Under the pieces are notes generated by a model. It saw only the letters and a program-made list of their open reading frames with translations. It searched no databases and was not told where the DNA came from. Source: Malacoraja senta (Eukaryota). Taken from it: a stretch of 64,000 nucleotides of DNA. This document shows, one piece after another, positions 62,877 through 64,000 of the stretch. Numbering within the stretch: position 1 is the first letter of the stretch; every line of letters begins with the position of its first letter. Location of the stretch: assembly GCA_038087875.1 (NCBI GenBank), contig CM076000.1, positions 248,001 to 312,000 on the forward strand, written 5' to 3'. The position numbers and the translations under genes were made by a program.

Positions 62877-64000
62877 CAGTGTGATGGGGATATTCACAGT
62901 GTGATGGGGATAATTCAGAGATTAGCGATATAGAAACATCCATATTTCCATGAATCAGTCATGAAGTCACTGAAAATGTCAATGTGTTGCAGCTTATCTT
63001 TTTGCTTGCAATTCCGTGCAGTTCTTAAGGCTATTGTTATAGACAATAGACAATAGGAGCTGGAGTAGGCCATTCGACCTTTCAAGCCAGCACCGCCATT
63101 CAATGTGATCATCCACAATCAGTTCCTGCCTTCTCCCCATATCCCCTGACACCGCTATCTTTAAGAGCCCTATCTAGCTCTCTCTTGAAAGTATCCAGAG
63201 AACTGGCCCTCCACCGCCCTCTGAGGCAGAGAATTATACATACTCTGTGAAAAAGTATTTGTAGGACGTTATTTGAAGTGCACTTGGCAGCAACTGATTT
63301 GAGATGGAATTTTGCTATCACTAATTCTACTTCATTTCTCGTCCTAATAATGACACAAAATGGCAGACCTTGGAGAAAATGACAGACCTTGTGGTTTGGT
63401 TGCTTCTCATTGAGTAGCATTGAACAATATTCTGTATAAACCAGCCTCTGTGGATCCTTTTACTACATAACATTTATGAACAGTTCATATAATGCTAATG
63501 TCATTATTAAACTGTTTTTACGTAAATGTGTTAATAACTACATTGCTGCAAGCATTACAGTTTTAAATAAATGCAATTGTTTGTTCGTGGCAAAGGGTTA
63601 TTTTCCATATTCTGAAAAAGCCAGGTGGACATGACCTATGGAACTTTCTTGTTGACCCAACTAATTATCTAAAAAATGTTTTAATATATACTCTCCTGCC
63701 AGGATCAGTTTTATTTACATGTTTCATCACACTTTCTTTCATTATTCTTTACCTTGGATGCAAGATATGATTTGAGTTCCCTACAGGATCCTAGAATGAA
63801 ATATTCTTCACAAGTGGCACCACTCAAGTGCAGCCAGCAGCACTGCAGCATCACAGCTCTGATGACCTGGGTTTAATCCTGACATCTGGCCTTGTTTAGA
63901 GGACGCTTCACCAGCATCTCTGGAGAACGTGGATAGGTGACGCTTTGGGTCGGGACCCATCTTCAGACTGAATGTAGGCGGGTGGGGGGAGGGGTGGGGG

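Overview
Vertebrate genomic DNA, most likely a cartilaginous fish (skate/ray-like), judged from HE1/V-SINE-type SINEs and the CR1, Rex1, L2, L1 and Penelope repeat mix. Two convergent host genes are present. The last five coding exons of GAB2 lie on + (378-13481) and the last five coding exons of USP35 lie on - (44528-31271). All exons join in frame with GT-AG boundaries, matching the tail-to-tail GAB2/USP35 arrangement known from human. The rest is intron, UTR and intergenic DNA packed with nested transposable elements, plus a 200-N gap. Most notable observations: (1) a Helitron/Helentron-like element in a USP35 intron that appears to carry a captured genomic fragment of an HTRA2-like protease exon; (2) Penelope-derived repeats with hammerhead-ribozyme-like cores, one attached to a GIY-YIG ORF; (3) an antisense L1 with a 13-bp TSD inserted 12 nt upstream of a GAB2 exon; (4) a GC-rich non-tRNA element with an L2-type tail inside a Tc1; (5) a locally templated inverted SINE copy. 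Family assignments rest on motif recognition and recalled protein sequences, not database searches.
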